NCBI RefSeq assembly: GCF_006345805.1
Contig: NC_042998.1
Location: 140,120,001-140,184,000, forward strand
Reading direction: 5' to 3'
Origin: Octopus sinensis
Lineage: Eukaryota
DNA: 64,000 nt
Shown here: positions 62,750 to 64,000 of the stretch, one piece after another
Numbering within the stretch: position 1 is the first letter of the stretch
How the letters are laid out: each line of letters begins with the position of its first letter
Notes under the pieces: model-generated
Seen by the model: only the letters and a program-made list of their open reading frames with translations
Told to the model about the DNA's origin: nothing
Database searches by the model: none
Made by a program: the position numbers and the translations under genes

Positions 62750-63880
62750 GCGGCTTCGTTGCTAACTAAAATGACGGACTGTATGCAACCAGGAAATCAG
62801 CTCTGAAGCCATTCGGTGTTGTTAGTAAAAACTGCGTCTTCAACAAAAGCATCAAGCTGAAATATCTGGAAACCCTCATCTGGCCAGTAGACTTGTAAAA
62901 TGTGTGTTAAGCATGGACCCTAACAGTGGCTGGTACCAAACGACTGAGGGTATTGAAGATGATGCGCTACAGGTGAGTTCTGTAAATCAGGTGGGTGGTC
63001 GATAGAACAGTCCAGGGATCTTTACCTTTTGACCGACAGATTAAAAAAATAATTTTTTGTAACTAAACACTTTCAAACTTCGGACACTGGTAGACTGTGT
63101 CTTATAAAACATCTTTTACTCTTAGCGTTTTTGAGAAAAGCTTATATTTAGGAAGTTATTTCACGTTAAAGTAGTCGTGTTTCGGTAATTTCAACTAATC
63201 AATGACGTGTATTCAGCTGAATAAAATTACTACCCTTGTTTGTCAACAAGAACTTCCGGCAGTGTATTATTCGTTTGTCACTGTTATTTATGACATCGTT
63301 CGTGCGTTTGTACTGGTTTTAGCTTTAAGGTTTTAGGGTTAGGGTTAGGGTTAAGCTGTTAGGGTTAGGATTGTCATAAATAACAGTGACAAACGAAATA
63401 TACACCCCCGCAAGTTCTTGTTGACAAACAACAGCAGTAATTTTATTCAGCTGAATATACATCATTGATTGGTTGAAATTACTGAAATACGAGAATTTTA
63501 ACAAAAAATAACTCCCAAAATACAGAATTTTCTCAACAGCGCGAAGAGTAAAAGATGTTTTATATGACACGTTTTACCAGTGTCCGAAGTTTGAAAGTGT
63601 TTAGTTACAAAAAAATTATTTTTGAAATCTGTCGGTCAAAAGGTAAAGCTCCCTGTCCAGGAGGAGATGAAATCGGGTGACCAAGATCTGGTGACATTGA
63701 TAAGCTGGCGAAAGCTGCAATATTTTGACACCGTTATCAGAGCCAAAAATATCCTTGATGGCTAGGTAAACGTAAAAGAGACTTACGGGAAGCAAAAACG
63801 AAGATGAAGTGATGACATCAAGGACTAAACGGGAAGGACCCTGGCGGAGAGTAAGGGCTACAGCACAAAACTGGAATATA
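62750..63880 (+). mobile_element. Old RTE-like LINE C-terminal remnant interrupted by a MITE
   Basis: IKLKYLETLIWPV...AWTL before the insertion; RKLQYFDTVIRA...GKQKRR*SDDIKD after it. Confidence 0.65.
63013..63655. mobile_element. 643-bp palindromic MITE with a telomeric-repeat core
   Basis: Arms 63013-63295 and 63372-63655 are reverse complements (CAGGGATCTTTACCTTTTGACCGACAGATT versus AATCTGTCGGTCAAAAGGTAAAGCTCCCTG). TTAGGG repeats at 63333-63370. Confidence 0.9.
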
Positions 63881-64000
63881 AAGAGGAGTGATGGTTGTAT
63901 CTAAAACCTCCGACCGTTAGTCATTCATCGGCGTTGGAAAGTGAACTGGAATCATTGACATGACATGTCCTACATGAACCAATTTGGGTTTCTGTTGATG

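Noticed and set aside
63333-63370. True telomere or chromosome-fusion scar
   Set aside because: Only about five repeats, one orientation, and located at the centre of a palindromic insertion.
37774-64000. Axin coding exons downstream of CEP112
   Set aside because: I found no tankyrase-binding (RPPVPG), RGS or DIX sequence, so the Axin link remains a hypothesis.

Overview
AT-rich, microsatellite- and repeat-dense animal DNA. The SINE/RTE repertoire is the kind I associate with Octopus (inferred, not proven). The only host gene I can support is the 3' end of a CEP112 (CCDC46)-like coiled-coil gene on the + strand. It has four GT-AG exons (3442-3538, 6647-6736, 8084-8149, 37615-37773) that splice in frame to ...KIKGLMPSSVHR-ELEETIRSLKIQVSALQKRVTLLQ..., matching the CEP112 C-terminal signature. 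Three of these exons are absent from the ORF track. The last intron is about 29.5 kb. The rest is tRNA-derived SINEs, RTE and Penelope retroelement remnants, mariner/maT/hAT transposase relics, Helitron-like elements, palindromic MITEs, minisatellites and several young local duplications. The most interesting signals are: (i) TE-free islands in the last intron carrying a dense TCF/LEF motif cluster, notable because vertebrate CEP112 lies directly upstream of the Wnt target AXIN2 (no Axin sequence is in this window); (ii) a 643-bp palindromic element with a telomeric (TTAGGG)n loop; (iii) an exact templated inverted duplication launched from a GT tract; (iv) decayed hammerhead-ribozyme-like motifs; (v) a splice acceptor with a microsatellite-filled ~170-nt AG-free zone. 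All alignments were made by eye, and repeat boundaries are approximate.
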